From: Mucisphaera calidilacus
Lineage (GTDB): Bacteria > Planctomycetota > Phycisphaerae > Phycisphaerales > Phycisphaeraceae
Direction: 5' to 3'
DNA length: 32,000 bases
Assembly (NCBI RefSeq): GCF_007748075.1
Contig: NZ_CP036280.1
Coordinates: forward strand, 930,001-962,000
A model generated the notes under the pieces. That model was not told the DNA's origin, made no database searches, and saw only the letters and a program-made list of their open reading frames with translations. Shown piece after piece: positions 7,356-16,999 of this stretch. The position numbers and the translations under genes are program-made. Position 1 is the first letter of the stretch, and every line of letters starts with the position of its first letter.

Positions 7356-8390
7356 CTAACCGGCAAAGATCAGCAGCAGGATCGGGAGGCAGACGAGCAG
7401 GAAGAGGGAGGTGTTGACGACGAGGAGTCCGCTGGCGAGTCGGCTGTCGAGGTGGAAGAGGTTGGCGATCATGACGGTCTGGATCGCGGTGGGCATGAGG
7501 GCTTCGACCATGTAGACCCGGCTGAGCAGGGGCGTCGAGGGGTTGTTGGTGAGGTGTGTTGTTGCGAGCAGGGCGAGGGTGAGGAGGGGGACGAGGACGA
7601 ACTGGGCGGCGGCGAGGATGACGTGCGGCCCGGGTTGGAGGACGTTGCGGTTGAAGTGGAGGCGGAGGCCGATGCCGGCGTAAGCGCCGAAGGTTCCGGC
7701 GTAGATGAGGATCTTGAGGATGGTTCCCTCGGCGAGGAAGGCGGGGTAGGGGACCTGAAGGATGGCGAGGGCTGCGCCGAGCATGGCGAAGTAGAACATC
7801 GCGGCGCGGAGGCTGACGAGGCTCTTGAAGATGAGGGGTCCGAGTTTTTCGTCGGCGGAGCCTTCGGGGCCGAATCGTCGTGCGAGGGGGAAGAGGAAGA
7901 CGATGCCGCAGGCGGCCATGAGGTTGACGCCTGAGGTGGCGTAGGCGAAGGCGGCCTCTGCGGTGAGTTCGGCGGCGTCGGGTGCGGAGGCGTCGATGCC
8001 CTCGGGGGCGAAGTCGGGGTTGGCGAGGATGACGTAGCAGAGGTAGGCGCCGAGGGTGAAGCCCCGGTTGGAGAGGCCGGCGGCGATGCCGATGAGGACC
8101 GACTTGTCGGGAGAGAAGCCGAGCCATCGGCAGAAGAGCGTGATGACGAGGGCGGGGAGCAGGACGAGGATCGGCTCGAAGGCCAGGATCCAGATGCCCG
8201 AGGGGTGGAGGGGCAGTCGCCAGATGGCGATGAGGGCGATGAGGGACCAGATGACCGAGATGGTGATGAAGTGGAGCGAGCGACTGAGTTCTTCGCGGGC
8301 CCAGCCTCGCTCGCGGGCCCAGTAGCCGCCGAACACGCAGAGAACGCCGAATACGGCGAACAACATGAAGTCGGCGGTCCGTGCGTCCAT
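7356..8390 (-). CDS. AEC (auxin efflux carrier) family permease
   Basis: 344 aa, about 10 hydrophobic segments. GLSNRGFTLGAYL and the C-terminal EALMPTAIQTVMIANLFHLD resemble the two conserved AEC repeats. Confidence 0.7.
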   Translation of the reverse strand: MDARTADFMLFAVFGVLCVFGGYWARERGWAREELSRSLHFITISVIWSLIALIAIWRLPLHPSGIWILAFEPILVLLPALVITLFCRWLGFSPDKSVLIGIAAGLSNRGFTLGAYLCYVILANPDFAPEGIDASAPDAAELTAEAAFAYATSGVNLMAACGIVFLFPLARRFGPEGSADEKLGPLIFKSLVSLRAAMFYFAMLGAALAILQVPYPAFLAEGTILKILIYAGTFGAYAGIGLRLHFNRNVLQPGPHVILAAAQFVLVPLLTLALLATTHLTNNPSTPLLSRVYMVEALMPTAIQTVMIANLFHLDSRLASGLLVVNTSLFLLVCLPILLLIFAG

Positions 8391-8403
8391 GGGGGGTTGT
8401 GGG

Positions 8404-9744
8404 TCAGTCGTCGGCGCGAGGGACGAAGGCGTGGTAGATCGCGTTGAGCGCGGTCTCGAAGTCGTCGGCCTCGACGCCCACGATGATGTTGAGTTCGCTG
8501 GAGCCCTGATCGAGCATGCGGATGTTGACGTTGGCGGCGGCGAGTGCGGCCATGAGCTTCGCGGCGGTGCCGGGCTGGTGGGCCATGGCTCGGCCGACGG
8601 TGGCGATCAGAGCGATGTCGGGGTAGACCTCGACGTTGTCGGGCTGAACGGCGGCGCGGATGGCGTCGACGATCTGGACGATCTTGCCCGAGACGAGGTC
8701 GTCGCGGAGGACGACGGAGAGGGTGTCGATGCCGGAGGGCATGTGCTCGAAGCAGACGCCATGGTCTTCGATGACCTGGAGCACCTTGCGTCCGAAGCCG
8801 ACCTCGGCGTTCATGAGGGCTTTTTCGATGGCGATGATGGTGAAGTCGCGTCGTCCGGCGATGCCGGTGATGGGGCAGTTGGGGTCGGTCGTCTCGTCCT
8901 GGGGGACGATGAGGGTGCCGGGTTCGTCGGGTGCGTTGGTGTTGCGGACCTCGACGGGGATGGCTGCCTCGCGCACGGGGAAGACGGCCTCGTCGTGGAG
9001 GACGGTCGCGCCCATGTAGGAGAGTTCGCGCAGCTCGCGGTAGGTGACGGTCTTGATGCGTCGCGGGTTGGTGACGATGCGCGGGTCGGCCATGAGCAGT
9101 CCGGAGACGTCGGTCCAGTTCTCGTAGCGTTCGGCGTGTACGGCTCGGGCGACGATGGAGCCTGTGACGTCGGAGCCGCCTCGGGAGAAGGTGACGACGT
9201 GTCCGTCGGGGTCGCCGCCGTAGAAGCCGGGGACGACGGCGCGTTCGTGCTGGCCGAGTGCCTCGGCGAGTCGCTTGTAGGTTTCTTCGCGTTCGAAGGT
9301 TCCGTCGCGGTTGAAGGCGATCTTGTCGATGGGGTCGACGAAGGGGGCGTCGAGCGCTGCGGCGATGATCCTGCCGTTGATGTGTTCGCCTCGGCTGGCT
9401 GCGTAGGCGGGTCCGCGGCCGGCGTCGGCCTCGGCGAGGATCTGCTGGCGGGTCTCTTCGAGGATTTGGGGCAGCCCGATCTCGGCGTCCAGATCTGCGG
9501 CGATGGCGAGGAATCGGTCGCTGATGACCTCGAAGGGTTCATCGATCGGGTTGCCGGAGGTGGCCTTGCGGTGGCAGGTCAGGAGGAGGTCGGTGATCTT
9601 GATGTCTTCGCGGTGGCGTTTGCCGGGCGCTGAGGGGACGACGTAGCGTCGGCCGGGATCGGCGTTGACGATCTCGATGGCCTTGCGGATCTGGCCTGCG
9701 TCGGCCAGCGAACTCCCACCAAATTTGCAGACACGGGTGCCCAA
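8404..9744 (-). CDS. lysC: aspartate kinase
   Basis: 446 aa. KFGGSSLA is the kinase N-terminal motif, with VVPSAPG and FSRGGSDVTG, plus C-terminal ACT-like regions (IALIATVGRAM, NIRMLDQGSSELNIIVGV). TTG start at 9744 with AAGGAG 7 nt upstream. Confidence 0.9.
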   Translation of the reverse strand: MGTRVCKFGGSSLADAGQIRKAIEIVNADPGRRYVVPSAPGKRHREDIKITDLLLTCHRKATSGNPIDEPFEVISDRFLAIAADLDAEIGLPQILEETRQQILAEADAGRGPAYAASRGEHINGRIIAAALDAPFVDPIDKIAFNRDGTFEREETYKRLAEALGQHERAVVPGFYGGDPDGHVVTFSRGGSDVTGSIVARAVHAERYENWTDVSGLLMADPRIVTNPRRIKTVTYRELRELSYMGATVLHDEAVFPVREAAIPVEVRNTNAPDEPGTLIVPQDETTDPNCPITGIAGRRDFTIIAIEKALMNAEVGFGRKVLQVIEDHGVCFEHMPSGIDTLSVVLRDDLVSGKIVQIVDAIRAAVQPDNVEVYPDIALIATVGRAMAHQPGTAAKLMAALAAANVNIRMLDQGSSELNIIVGVEADDFETALNAIYHAFVPRADD

Positions 9745-9867
9745 AACGGCGCTCCTTGGGGCGGTCAGAGGGTTTGTAGGGCTTCACTGTAGCCGAGAAG
9801 CGGTGTCGTGTCGGGTTCGGGGTGGCACAAGCGTCAGGTTGTTCTATACTACGTGGCTCGTCCCCAA

Positions 9868-9953
9868 GCCCGGGTGGCGAAACTGGCAGACGCGCCACGT
9901 TGAGGTCGTGGTGGGAGTAAAATCCCTTGGAGGTTCGAGTCCTCTCCCGGGCA
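9868..9953 (+). tRNA. tRNA-Leu (anticodon GAG), class II, no encoded CCA
   Basis: Acceptor GCCCGGG/CCCGGGC, D-arm GCG-AAACTGGCAGA-CGC, anticodon stem CCACG/CGTGG with loop TTGAGGT. Variable arm TGGGAGTAAAATCCCTT, T-arm GGAGG-TTCGAGT-CCTCT, discriminator A. Confidence 0.9.
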
Positions 9954-9980
9954 TTACCAGCCAACAACCAAGCAGGGGGT

Positions 9981-11189
9981 TCAGGCAAGATCGGCAAGAA
10001 CGCGGTCTGCGGCTCGGCTCCCGCTGAGCATGGCGCCCTCGATGGAGGGGGATGCGGTGTGGTCGCCTGCGATGATCGGGGTGTTCTTGTGTGGTGTTTG
10101 GGTGGGCCAGTCACGCGGGAGGGCGTTGGGGATCACGTCGGTGCGGAGGTGACGCCAGCCGCGGACCTGCGGGCCGAACCAGGTTTGCAGCTCGTCGAGG
10201 ACCGAATTGCGGTGGTGGTCGGGTTGATCGATCGGTTCGATGGCGGTGACGCTGATGAGTGCGGCGCCGGGCGGCGCGTAGGCGGGGCAGACATTCGAGA
10301 GCACGGCGAGGTGGTTGAAGGTCGCTTGTGGTGATCCGTTGAGGACTAATATCGGGTCGTCGATCGGTGGTTGATCGGCGGCGAAGTAGATGCAGGTGGT
10401 GCCGCCCATCGGGGGGGTGTTGTCGAGCAGCGGTGAGGCGGGATCGACGGCGAGGACGATGGCGTCGGCGGTGTGTTGTTCGCCGTCGTCGAGTGTTACG
10501 GAGGTACGGGTCAGATCACGCACGGGGGTGCTGGTGCGTATCGCGTGAGGGGGGAGTTGTGAGACGAGTTGTTCGGGGATCTGACGCATGCCGCCCGCGG
10601 GGAGGGCTGTGTCGCCTCGGGAGAAGGTGTTGAAGAGGAAGCGCATGTATGACGCGGGTGCTGTGAGGTCGGGATCGAGCATGACGCCACGCCACCATGG
10701 GCGGAGGAAGGCCGCTTGGAATTCGGCGGTGAAGCCGAGTTGGTCGAAGGCCTGAGATGTCGTGGTGGTGTCGGATGCATCGTCATGGCGGGCTGCGCTG
10801 GACTGGGACCTGAGTCGGCCGATGCGGAATCGGTCCATGGCGGTTCCGGGCCCTCTGAAGAGTGTTTCGAGCAGGCGTTGCGGTCGCCGCCAGGGGTCGG
10901 AGAATCGCGCAAAGCCGTCCTGCCAGCGGATGAGCGAGCCGGGCTCGAAGGCGTGGAGGTCGAGTTGTGCGAGGTCGAGTCGCTGGCGGGCGTGCTCGTA
11001 GCCGGTGAGATAGACCTGGAATCCGCGGTCGAGCAGGAAGCCGTCGGTGCGGTCGGTCTGAACGCGGCCGCCGATGCGTCCTGTTTTCTCCAGGACGACC
11101 ACCTCGACGCCTGCCTGGTGGAGGTCGCGTGCGCAGGTCAGGCCGGCGAGACCCGCTCCGACGACGATGACGGTTGGTTGTTCGGGCAT
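9981..11189 (-). CDS. NAD(P)/FAD-dependent oxidoreductase (amine oxidase / desaturase-like)
   Basis: 402 aa. The N-terminal [17 protein letters not shown]...[13 protein letters not shown] is a dinucleotide-binding fold, and the C-terminal [16 protein letters not shown] is typical of the amine-oxidase superfamily. Substrate unknown. Confidence 0.8.
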   Translation of the reverse strand: MPEQPTVIVVGAGLAGLTCARDLHQAGVEVVVLEKTGRIGGRVQTDRTDGFLLDRGFQVYLTGYEHARQRLDLAQLDLHAFEPGSLIRWQDGFARFSDPWRRPQRLLETLFRGPGTAMDRFRIGRLRSQSSAARHDDASDTTTTSQAFDQLGFTAEFQAAFLRPWWRGVMLDPDLTAPASYMRFLFNTFSRGDTALPAGGMRQIPEQLVSQLPPHAIRTSTPVRDLTRTSVTLDDGEQHTADAIVLAVDPASPLLDNTPPMGGTTCIYFAADQPPIDDPILVLNGSPQATFNHLAVLSNVCPAYAPPGAALISVTAIEPIDQPDHHRNSVLDELQTWFGPQVRGWRHLRTDVIPNALPRDWPTQTPHKNTPIIAGDHTASPSIEGAMLSGSRAADRVLADLA

Positions 11190-11226
11190 GCCTGAAGCGT
11201 AGCGCGTGGGAGCTGCCGGTGCGGGA

Positions 11227-12588
11227 TCAGCCCTTCATGCCGGTCATGGAGATGCCTTCGATGAAGGTTCGCTGGGCGAAGAAGAAGAGCAGGATGACCG
11301 GGAGGACCACGAGTGTGCTGGCGGCCATCAGGTAGTGCCACTGGGTGCCGCCCTGTCGGCTCTGGAAGAACTGGAGGCCGAGCGCGAGTGTGAAGTCTTC
11401 CTGATCGGTGAGGTAGATCAGGGGTCCCATGAAGTCGTTCCACGTGGCGAGGAACTGGAAGAGGGCGACGACGGCGATGGCCGGTTTGGCGAGCGGGAGG
11501 ATGATCTGCAGGAAGATGCGCAGGTGTCCGCAGCCGTCGATGGTGGCGGCCTCGGAGAGTTCGCGGGGGATGGTTCGGAAGAACTGGCGGAGCAGGAATA
11601 CGTTGAAGGCGCTGGCGAAGAACGTGGGGACCCAGAGGGGCTGGAGCGTGCCGATCCAGCCGAGATCCCGGAAGAGGCCGTAGAGGGGGACCATGATGAC
11701 GGGGAAGGGGATCATCATGGTGGCGAGGAGGACGAGGAAGACCTTGTCGCGTCCGGGCCAGTCGATTCTCGAGAAGCCGTAGGCGACCAGCGAGCAGGAG
11801 AAGACGGTGCCGACGACGGTGAGCACGCAGAGTGTGAGTGAGTTCCAGAGGTACTGGGGGAAGTAGGCCATCTCCTTGATGGCCGCGGCGAAGTTACCCC
11901 AGCGGGGCATGATGCTGGTGCTGATGTCACCCGCGGCGACCTGCAGTTGTCCGGTCTGGACGAAGGCGAGGGTGTTGCGTTCGTCCCAGTCGACGATTCT
12001 GCGGCGGATGTCGCCGGCCTTGAGGGTGAACTCCTGCTCGGTGGCCATGGCGCTCTCGACGTCGTCGCGCGTCTGCCCGTAGACCCGGCGGATGGATGAT
12101 CCGGGCACGGTGTGCCTGAAGAAAACGCCGTCCGGGTCGGGCACGAGGATTTCCACCTGATCGGGGCTTGCGGGGTCGGGGTTTTCGTCGGCGCGTCGTG
12201 CCTCGACTTCGACGCCTTCGAGTGTCGCCACCCAGGTGTGCATGGCGATGACGTTGATCTCATCGGCGGGTTCTGCGTGGACGAGGTCGCCCAGGGGGCG
12301 TACGGGTACCTGGGCGTCGCCTATGGTCGCGATCCACTGGTAGCTGTAGGCCACGTCCACGGTCTGATCGTCGGGGACATCGAGTTCGGCGCGGCTGACG
12401 CCGACCTGCACCGATCGGCCGAAGCGTTCGACGGTGTAGGCGTAGGGCAACCAGACCGGGGGGTTGGACATGGTCTGGTCGATCGGTTTGAGTGCGGTCG
12501 AGAGCATCCAGAGCAGCGGGACGGTGAAGATGAAGCCGCCGATGCACAGGAGCATGAAACGCAGGATTTGGGGGAGGTTTCTCGGCAT
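11227..12588 (-). CDS. carbohydrate ABC transporter permease (MalG-like) with a ~170-aa extracytoplasmic insertion
   Basis: 453 aa. The C-terminal half carries the EAA-loop region [33 protein letters not shown]. One N-terminal TM is followed by a long hydrophilic segment before TM2. Confidence 0.85.
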   Translation of the reverse strand: MPRNLPQILRFMLLCIGGFIFTVPLLWMLSTALKPIDQTMSNPPVWLPYAYTVERFGRSVQVGVSRAELDVPDDQTVDVAYSYQWIATIGDAQVPVRPLGDLVHAEPADEINVIAMHTWVATLEGVEVEARRADENPDPASPDQVEILVPDPDGVFFRHTVPGSSIRRVYGQTRDDVESAMATEQEFTLKAGDIRRRIVDWDERNTLAFVQTGQLQVAAGDISTSIMPRWGNFAAAIKEMAYFPQYLWNSLTLCVLTVVGTVFSCSLVAYGFSRIDWPGRDKVFLVLLATMMIPFPVIMVPLYGLFRDLGWIGTLQPLWVPTFFASAFNVFLLRQFFRTIPRELSEAATIDGCGHLRIFLQIILPLAKPAIAVVALFQFLATWNDFMGPLIYLTDQEDFTLALGLQFFQSRQGGTQWHYLMAASTLVVLPVILLFFFAQRTFIEGISMTGMKG

Positions 12589-12592
12589 ACGA

Positions 12593-13477
12593 TCAGTCTC
12601 CCGCGTAATAGACCCGGCTCTTCATGCCGGTGTGCGCGACGTAGGTGAGGATCAGGATGATGAGGAACAGCACCATGGCCATCGCGCAGGCGTAACCCAT
12701 GTTGTTGTACTTGAACGCGTGCATGTAGAGGTAGACGGCGTAGAGCAGGGCTGATCGCTCCGGCCCGCCGTCGGGGAGCATGATGAAGGGTTTCACGAAT
12801 TCCTGCATGGCGCCGATGATGCCCATGATGAGGTTGAAGTAGATCACGGGGGAGACCATGGGGATGGTGATGTTCCAGAACCGCTGGAAGCCGTTGGCGC
12901 CGTCGAGTTCAGCGGACTCGTAGAGGGAGCGTGGGACGTCCTGCAGGCCGGCGAGGAAGAGGACCATGGTCCCGCCGATCTGCCAGACCTGCGAGAGCAC
13001 GAGTGTGTTCTTGGTCCAGTTGGGGTCACCCAGCCAGAGCGGGCCTTCGAGCCCGACGAGGCTCAGGGCGTGGTTGACCAGCCCGTACTGGCCGTTGAAG
13101 AGCCAGATCCAGATCATGGCGACCGCGACGAGTGGGACGATCGAGGGGATGTAGAAGAGGGTCCGGAAGACGGAGCGGCCGGCGATCTCTTTGTTGAGCA
13201 GGACGGCGCAGGCGAGGGCGAGGATCAGGCCGAGGGGGATGGCGAAGACGGAGTAGTAGGCGGTGTTCCAGAGCGCCTGCCAGAAGAGGGCGTCGCCGAC
13301 CATCTCGGTGTAGTTGTCGACGCCGATCCAGACCGGTGTTCGGAGGATGTCGTAGTCGCAGAAGGAGTAGTAGATGGCCATGGCGACGGGGTAGATCCCG
13401 AAGACGCAGAAGCCGAAGATCCACGGGCTGATGAAGGCCAGGCCGAGGACGAGTTGTTGACGCTGGCCTCGGGTCAT
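12593..13477 (-). CDS. carbohydrate ABC transporter permease (MalF/UgpA-like)
   Basis: The track ORF extends to 13888, but that extension is Arg/Pro-rich junk lying inside the binding-protein gene. The ATG at 13477 forms an ATGA overlap with the upstream stop, and MTRGQRQQLVLGLAFISPWIFGF is a typical permease N-terminus (alternative ATG at 13492). EAA-like region VPRSLYESAELDGANGFQRFWNITIPM. Confidence 0.85.
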   Translation of the reverse strand: MTRGQRQQLVLGLAFISPWIFGFCVFGIYPVAMAIYYSFCDYDILRTPVWIGVDNYTEMVGDALFWQALWNTAYYSVFAIPLGLILALACAVLLNKEIAGRSVFRTLFYIPSIVPLVAVAMIWIWLFNGQYGLVNHALSLVGLEGPLWLGDPNWTKNTLVLSQVWQIGGTMVLFLAGLQDVPRSLYESAELDGANGFQRFWNITIPMVSPVIYFNLIMGIIGAMQEFVKPFIMLPDGGPERSALLYAVYLYMHAFKYNNMGYACAMAMVLFLIILILTYVAHTGMKSRVYYAGD

Positions 13478-14937
13478 GGGTTCTGCCTCCATTGTGCCAT
13501 GAGGGCGTCGCGAGTCCGGTCCCATCGTCGGAAGGACGCGTCGAATTTGCGTTGCACGCGGCTCTGGATGATCTCTGCGGCGCGTTCGGGTTCCATGGTC
13601 TGTCGGAAGACGGAGTCGATGTTGTTGATGAGCTCGTCCTTGTACTCGACCCATACGGGCGTCTGGGGGACGGTTTTCGCGTTCGGGCTGCCGGCGAGGT
13701 CGATGAAGACCTGGATATTGGGGTTGGGGTGATCGGTGATGAATCGTTCGGAGGTCTGGATGAGCGGGCTGAATTTGCGTTGTCCGAGGCAGAGTTTCTC
13801 GATGTTCTGCTGCTGGTTGACGAAGGCGATGAATTCGAAGGCCTCGTCCGGGTGCCTGGCGCCCTTGGGGATCCAGAGCACGTCGCACTCCATGATGGTG
13901 ACGCCGGGTAGTCGCTCGGGATCAGCGGAGGGGAAGGGGGCGGCACCCCAGTCCATCCGCGGCGAATACTTCTCGATGAAGTTGTAGAGCCAGACGCCCT
14001 GGAGCACCATGGCGATGCGGCCTTCGAGGAAGGGGTTCTGCGGCGAGCTGAAGTTGCCGAAGGAACTGCCGAAGACGTCCATGTTCTTGGCGCCGTATTT
14101 CGCGGTGTAGCTGTCCATCCACCGGAGCGCTTCGAGGTTTTCTTCGGACTGGATGTTGACGTAGCGTTCGTCGCGGATGAGGCTGCTGCCCCACCAGTAG
14201 CCCCAGAGTTCTTTCCACCAGCCGGGGTAGTTGGGCGAATGCCCCAGCTGGATGATCTTGAACCGGGCGCTGTTTCTGTCGTCGGCCATGTCGGCCTTTT
14301 CCTGCTCGGTCATGTCGGCGTAGCGGGCCAGGACCGTTTCGCCGTCGCGTTCCAGTTCGACGATGGTCAGTTTTTCGGCCATCGCGTCGAGTTCCGCGAT
14401 CGACTGTGGCGGTCGGTCGGGATCAAGGCCAGCCTCGCGGAACATCTGTTTGTTCCAGTGCAGCGCGACGGTGGCGGGGGTGCTCGGGAGGCCCCACTGG
14501 ATGCCCTGGTGGCCGAGCGCGCGCCAGACCGCGGGGTAGTAGTCCTCCTTGCGGATGCCATATTCCTCGATGTAGGTGTCGAGGGGTGTGAGGGCGTTTT
14601 TTTCGGCGTAGGAGGGCGAGAGGTAGCTCCAGCCGCCTGCGACGTCGGGTGGGTTGCCGCCGGCGGTGGCGAGCATGAGTTTCTGGTCGATCTGGCTGAC
14701 CGTGAGCATCTTCACGAAGATGCGGTCCTGTGAGGCATTGAAGTCGTCGACGACGCGTCGCATGGCCTCGCCTTCGAAGGAGGTCCATTTTTCCCAGTAG
14801 CTGACGATGACGCGTCCGTCGGCGGTGCGGTCGTCACGGCGGTCGCTGCAGCCGCCGGTCGCGCTGAGGACAAGCCCGATCACCAGCGTGGTCAGCAGGA
14901 GGCGAAACGGGCGAGCAGCGGGCCGCGTGTCGGTCAT
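13474..14937 (-). CDS. ABC transporter extracellular solute-binding protein (family 1), lipoprotein
   Basis: About 487 aa. MTDTRPAARPFRLLLTTLVIGLVLSATGGC is a lipoprotein signal with a lipobox Cys. Size and composition fit a sugar-binding protein. The track starts at a GTG at 14949; I prefer the ATG at 14937. Confidence 0.85.
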   Translation of the reverse strand: MTDTRPAARPFRLLLTTLVIGLVLSATGGCSDRRDDRTADGRVIVSYWEKWTSFEGEAMRRVVDDFNASQDRIFVKMLTVSQIDQKLMLATAGGNPPDVAGGWSYLSPSYAEKNALTPLDTYIEEYGIRKEDYYPAVWRALGHQGIQWGLPSTPATVALHWNKQMFREAGLDPDRPPQSIAELDAMAEKLTIVELERDGETVLARYADMTEQEKADMADDRNSARFKIIQLGHSPNYPGWWKELWGYWWGSSLIRDERYVNIQSEENLEALRWMDSYTAKYGAKNMDVFGSSFGNFSSPQNPFLEGRIAMVLQGVWLYNFIEKYSPRMDWGAAPFPSADPERLPGVTIMECDVLWIPKGARHPDEAFEFIAFVNQQQNIEKLCLGQRKFSPLIQTSERFITDHPNPNIQVFIDLAGSPNAKTVPQTPVWVEYKDELINNIDSVFRQTMEPERAAEIIQSRVQRKFDASFRRWDRTRDALMAQWRQNP

Positions 14938-15016
14938 GGTGAGACTCACTACGAAGGAAGAAACTCGAATCTTGGATCACCTTACACGATGCTGATTCAA
15001 CCCGGGTCCGACAAAA

Positions 15017-15030
15017 CGCAAACGTTTGCG
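15017..15030. promoter_or_regulatory. perfect 14-bp palindrome CGCAAACGTTTGCG, LacI/GalR-family-type operator
   Basis: Read directly. It has a central CG and AAAC/GTTT arms, as in LacI-family operators (PurR/CcpA-like core). It lies about 80 nt upstream of the binding-protein ATG and just downstream of a candidate -10. Confidence 0.5.
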
Positions 15031-15043
15031 CTAACTCACGTTT

Positions 15044-15072
15044 AATATACGGAATTCGGATGGCGTGCACAA
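15044..15072 (-). promoter_or_regulatory. candidate sigma70-like promoter of the sugar ABC operon
   Basis: On the minus strand: TTGTGC (15072..15067), 17-nt spacer, TATATT (15049..15044). It sits in a locally AT-rich intergenic region, with the palindrome starting 13 nt downstream of the -10. Confidence 0.35.
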
Positions 15073-15098
15073 CGAGCCGCTGTCTGCGGCGCTTTTAC

Positions 15099-15797
15099 TC
15101 AGGGCAGGGGAACGGCCCATTCGGGCATGAGCACCTGGTGGAAGGTGAAGACCGAGCCGCCGATGCCGACGGCCTGGGCACGCTCGCCCGACGCGTGCAC
15201 GTAGCCGATCCGTTGTTCGCGGTGATCCTGCTGCCTGAAGTCGATGGTGCTGTAGGTTCGCGTCGGGGGCGGGAGGTCCGGGTCTCGTGGTGCCGCGGCT
15301 GCATCCAGCAGGAGGGGGACCGTATCGCGGCCTGTTGCGGCGTCGAGTCTCAGGTGTCCGGGTTGACTGTGGTTGTCGTAGTCATCGGGATCGTCGGGCA
15401 GTCCGGCGTGTCCGGTGGCGTTCATGGCGTAGGTGCGGGTCATGACGGCGTCGGAATTCGCCGCGGTCGCGGGGCAGACGAGTACGGAGTTGTCGCTGTA
15501 GAGTTCGTCCGGTGTTGATCCCTGCACGCCTGCCCGGGCCTGAACCTCCATGCCCCAGTTCGGGCGTTGGCCATAGGGTTGTCCGATGGCGGGTCCGTAG
15601 CCGTTATTCGCGTCGGCGTAGGTTCGGATGGCGAGGTAGGCCTGCCTGAGGTTGGATCCGCAGAGTGCGGTTCGGGCTACGTCGCGAGCGCTGCCGAGGA
15701 CCGGCAGGAGGATGGCCATCAGCAGCGCCACGATGCTGATGACCACGAGCAGTTCGATCAGCGTGAAGCCCGTGGTTCGGCAGGGGTGCCGTGTCAT
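15099..15797 (-). CDS. prepilin-type N-terminal cleavage/methylation domain protein (DUF1559-like pseudopilin)
   Basis: Trimmed to the ATG at 15797, which forms an ATGA overlap with the upstream stop. MTRHPCRTTGFTLIELLVVISIVALLMAILLP is the canonical G-F-T-L-I-E class III signal. The remainder resembles the H-x9-DG-type DUF1559 family that is abundant in Planctomycetota. Confidence 0.85.
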   Translation of the reverse strand: MTRHPCRTTGFTLIELLVVISIVALLMAILLPVLGSARDVARTALCGSNLRQAYLAIRTYADANNGYGPAIGQPYGQRPNWGMEVQARAGVQGSTPDELYSDNSVLVCPATAANSDAVMTRTYAMNATGHAGLPDDPDDYDNHSQPGHLRLDAATGRDTVPLLLDAAAAPRDPDLPPPTRTYSTIDFRQQDHREQRIGYVHASGERAQAVGIGGSVFTFHQVLMPEWAVPLP

Positions 15798-16999
15798 GGT
15801 GTGGGGACGATTCGCAGCAGTTTGCCGTTGCCCTCGTCGGTGAGGACGTAGAGGTAGCCGTCGGGTCCCTGGCGGACGTCGCGCACGCGTTGGCCGAGTT
15901 TGAGGGTTTCCTGTCCGACGACCCGGCCGTCCTCGAGGTCGACGCGGCGTATCTGTCGGAGTGCGAGTCCGCCGGCGAAGAGGTCGCCCTGCCATCCGGG
16001 GTAGCGGTCGCCGGTGTAGAAGCAGAGTCCTGACGGGGCGATGCAGGGTGTCCAGACGACCATGGGGTCCTGCATGCCCGGTGCGCTGGCGTCGTCGGAG
16101 ATGCGGGGTCCCCAGTACTCGATGGAGTAGGTGACCGCCGGCCATCCGTAGTTGGTGCCCGGGGTGATGAGGTTGAGTTCGTCGCCGCCTCTTGAGCCGT
16201 GCTCGGTGGCGTAGATCCGCTGCGTGGCGGGGTCGATGGCCATGCCCTGGATGTTGCGGTGTCCATAGGAATAGAGGTGAGGGGCGGCGTCGCTGTCGTT
16301 GACGAAGGGGTTGCCTCCGGCGGGTTCGCCGTTTTCGGTGAGGCGGAGGGTTTTGCCGAGGTGGCTGGTCTTGACCTGGGCGTTGAGTCGGGAGAAGTGG
16401 CCGCCGACCTTGGTGGGTGGGTTGCCGCCGTCGCCGACGGACATGAGCAGTGTGCCGTCGGAGAGCCAGAGCAGTCGGCTGCCGAAGTGCTGGCCGCCGG
16501 ACTTGTCCTGTGAGACGCGGAAGAGGACTTCGACGTCGTCGAGTCGCTTGAGGTCACGGCTGAGGACGCCTCGTGTGAGTGTGGTGCGGTTGGCCTTTCT
16601 CACGCCCGATACGTAGGTGAAGTAGAGCAGGCGGTTCTGTTCGAAATCGGGGTGGAGGGAGATGTCCATGAGGCCGCCCTGGCCGTAGGCGAGGATGTCG
16701 GGCAGCCCCTCGACGCGGTGGTTGGAGAGTTCGCCATCGCGGGCCAGGCGGAGGGAGCCTGATCGCTCGGTGATGAGCATGGTCTGGTCGTCGGGCAGCC
16801 AGAGGACGGACCAGGGGTGACTCAGACCTTCGACCACGGTTTCGGTGCGCCAGCCTGTCGCTGCGGGGCTTTCGCCTGTGGGCGTGATTGGGCCGACGGG
16901 TGGTGTGGCGAGGTCGGCGGCCGGGGCTGATGGAATCAGCAAGATGAAGATGATGAACGAGGCGAGTGCATGTGTGATGCGCATGCGGCGTGTCCTCAT
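15794..16999 (-). CDS. PQQ-dependent soluble sugar (aldose/sorbosone) dehydrogenase, periplasmic
   Basis: 401 aa with a signal peptide. HPWSVLWLPD, GQGGLMDISLHPDF, HFGSRLLWLSDGTLL, YSYGHRNIQGMAIDP, EHGSRGGDELN and NYGWP match the YliI/Asd beta-propeller family. Alternative ATG at 16984. Confidence 0.9.
   Translation of the reverse strand: MRTRRMRITHALASFIIFILLIPSAPAADLATPPVGPITPTGESPAATGWRTETVVEGLSHPWSVLWLPDDQTMLITERSGSLRLARDGELSNHRVEGLPDILAYGQGGLMDISLHPDFEQNRLLYFTYVSGVRKANRTTLTRGVLSRDLKRLDDVEVLFRVSQDKSGGQHFGSRLLWLSDGTLLMSVGDGGNPPTKVGGHFSRLNAQVKTSHLGKTLRLTENGEPAGGNPFVNDSDAAPHLYSYGHRNIQGMAIDPATQRIYATEHGSRGGDELNLITPGTNYGWPAVTYSIEYWGPRISDDASAPGMQDPMVVWTPCIAPSGLCFYTGDRYPGWQGDLFAGGLALRQIRRVDLEDGRVVGQETLKLGQRVRDVRQGPDGYLYVLTDEGNGKLLRIVPTP

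Noticed and set aside
9745-9867. Lysine riboswitch or other leader upstream of aspartate kinase
   Set aside because: Only about 120 nt are available before the tRNA gene. I could not recognise L-box-like conserved helices or motifs, and a plain AAGGAG-TTG start context is sufficient.
683-9953. Genomic island bounded by the two tRNA-Leu genes
   Set aside because: There is no integrase or recombinase, and I spotted no direct repeat of a tRNA 3' end. The content is mostly core metabolism (aroF, ubiX, ubiA, aspartate kinase) with host-like codon bias. Only the small TA module looks foreign.
13478-13888. N-terminal extension of the MalF-like permease ORF
   Set aside because: The extension is Arg/Pro-rich and lies entirely inside the well-supported binding-protein gene. 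A canonical ATGA-coupled start at 13477 gives a normal-length permease.
15798-16145. N-terminal extension of the pilin-like ORF
   Set aside because: The extension overlaps the PQQ dehydrogenase gene and is R/P/T-rich. The prepilin signal must be N-terminal, which fits the ATG at 15797.
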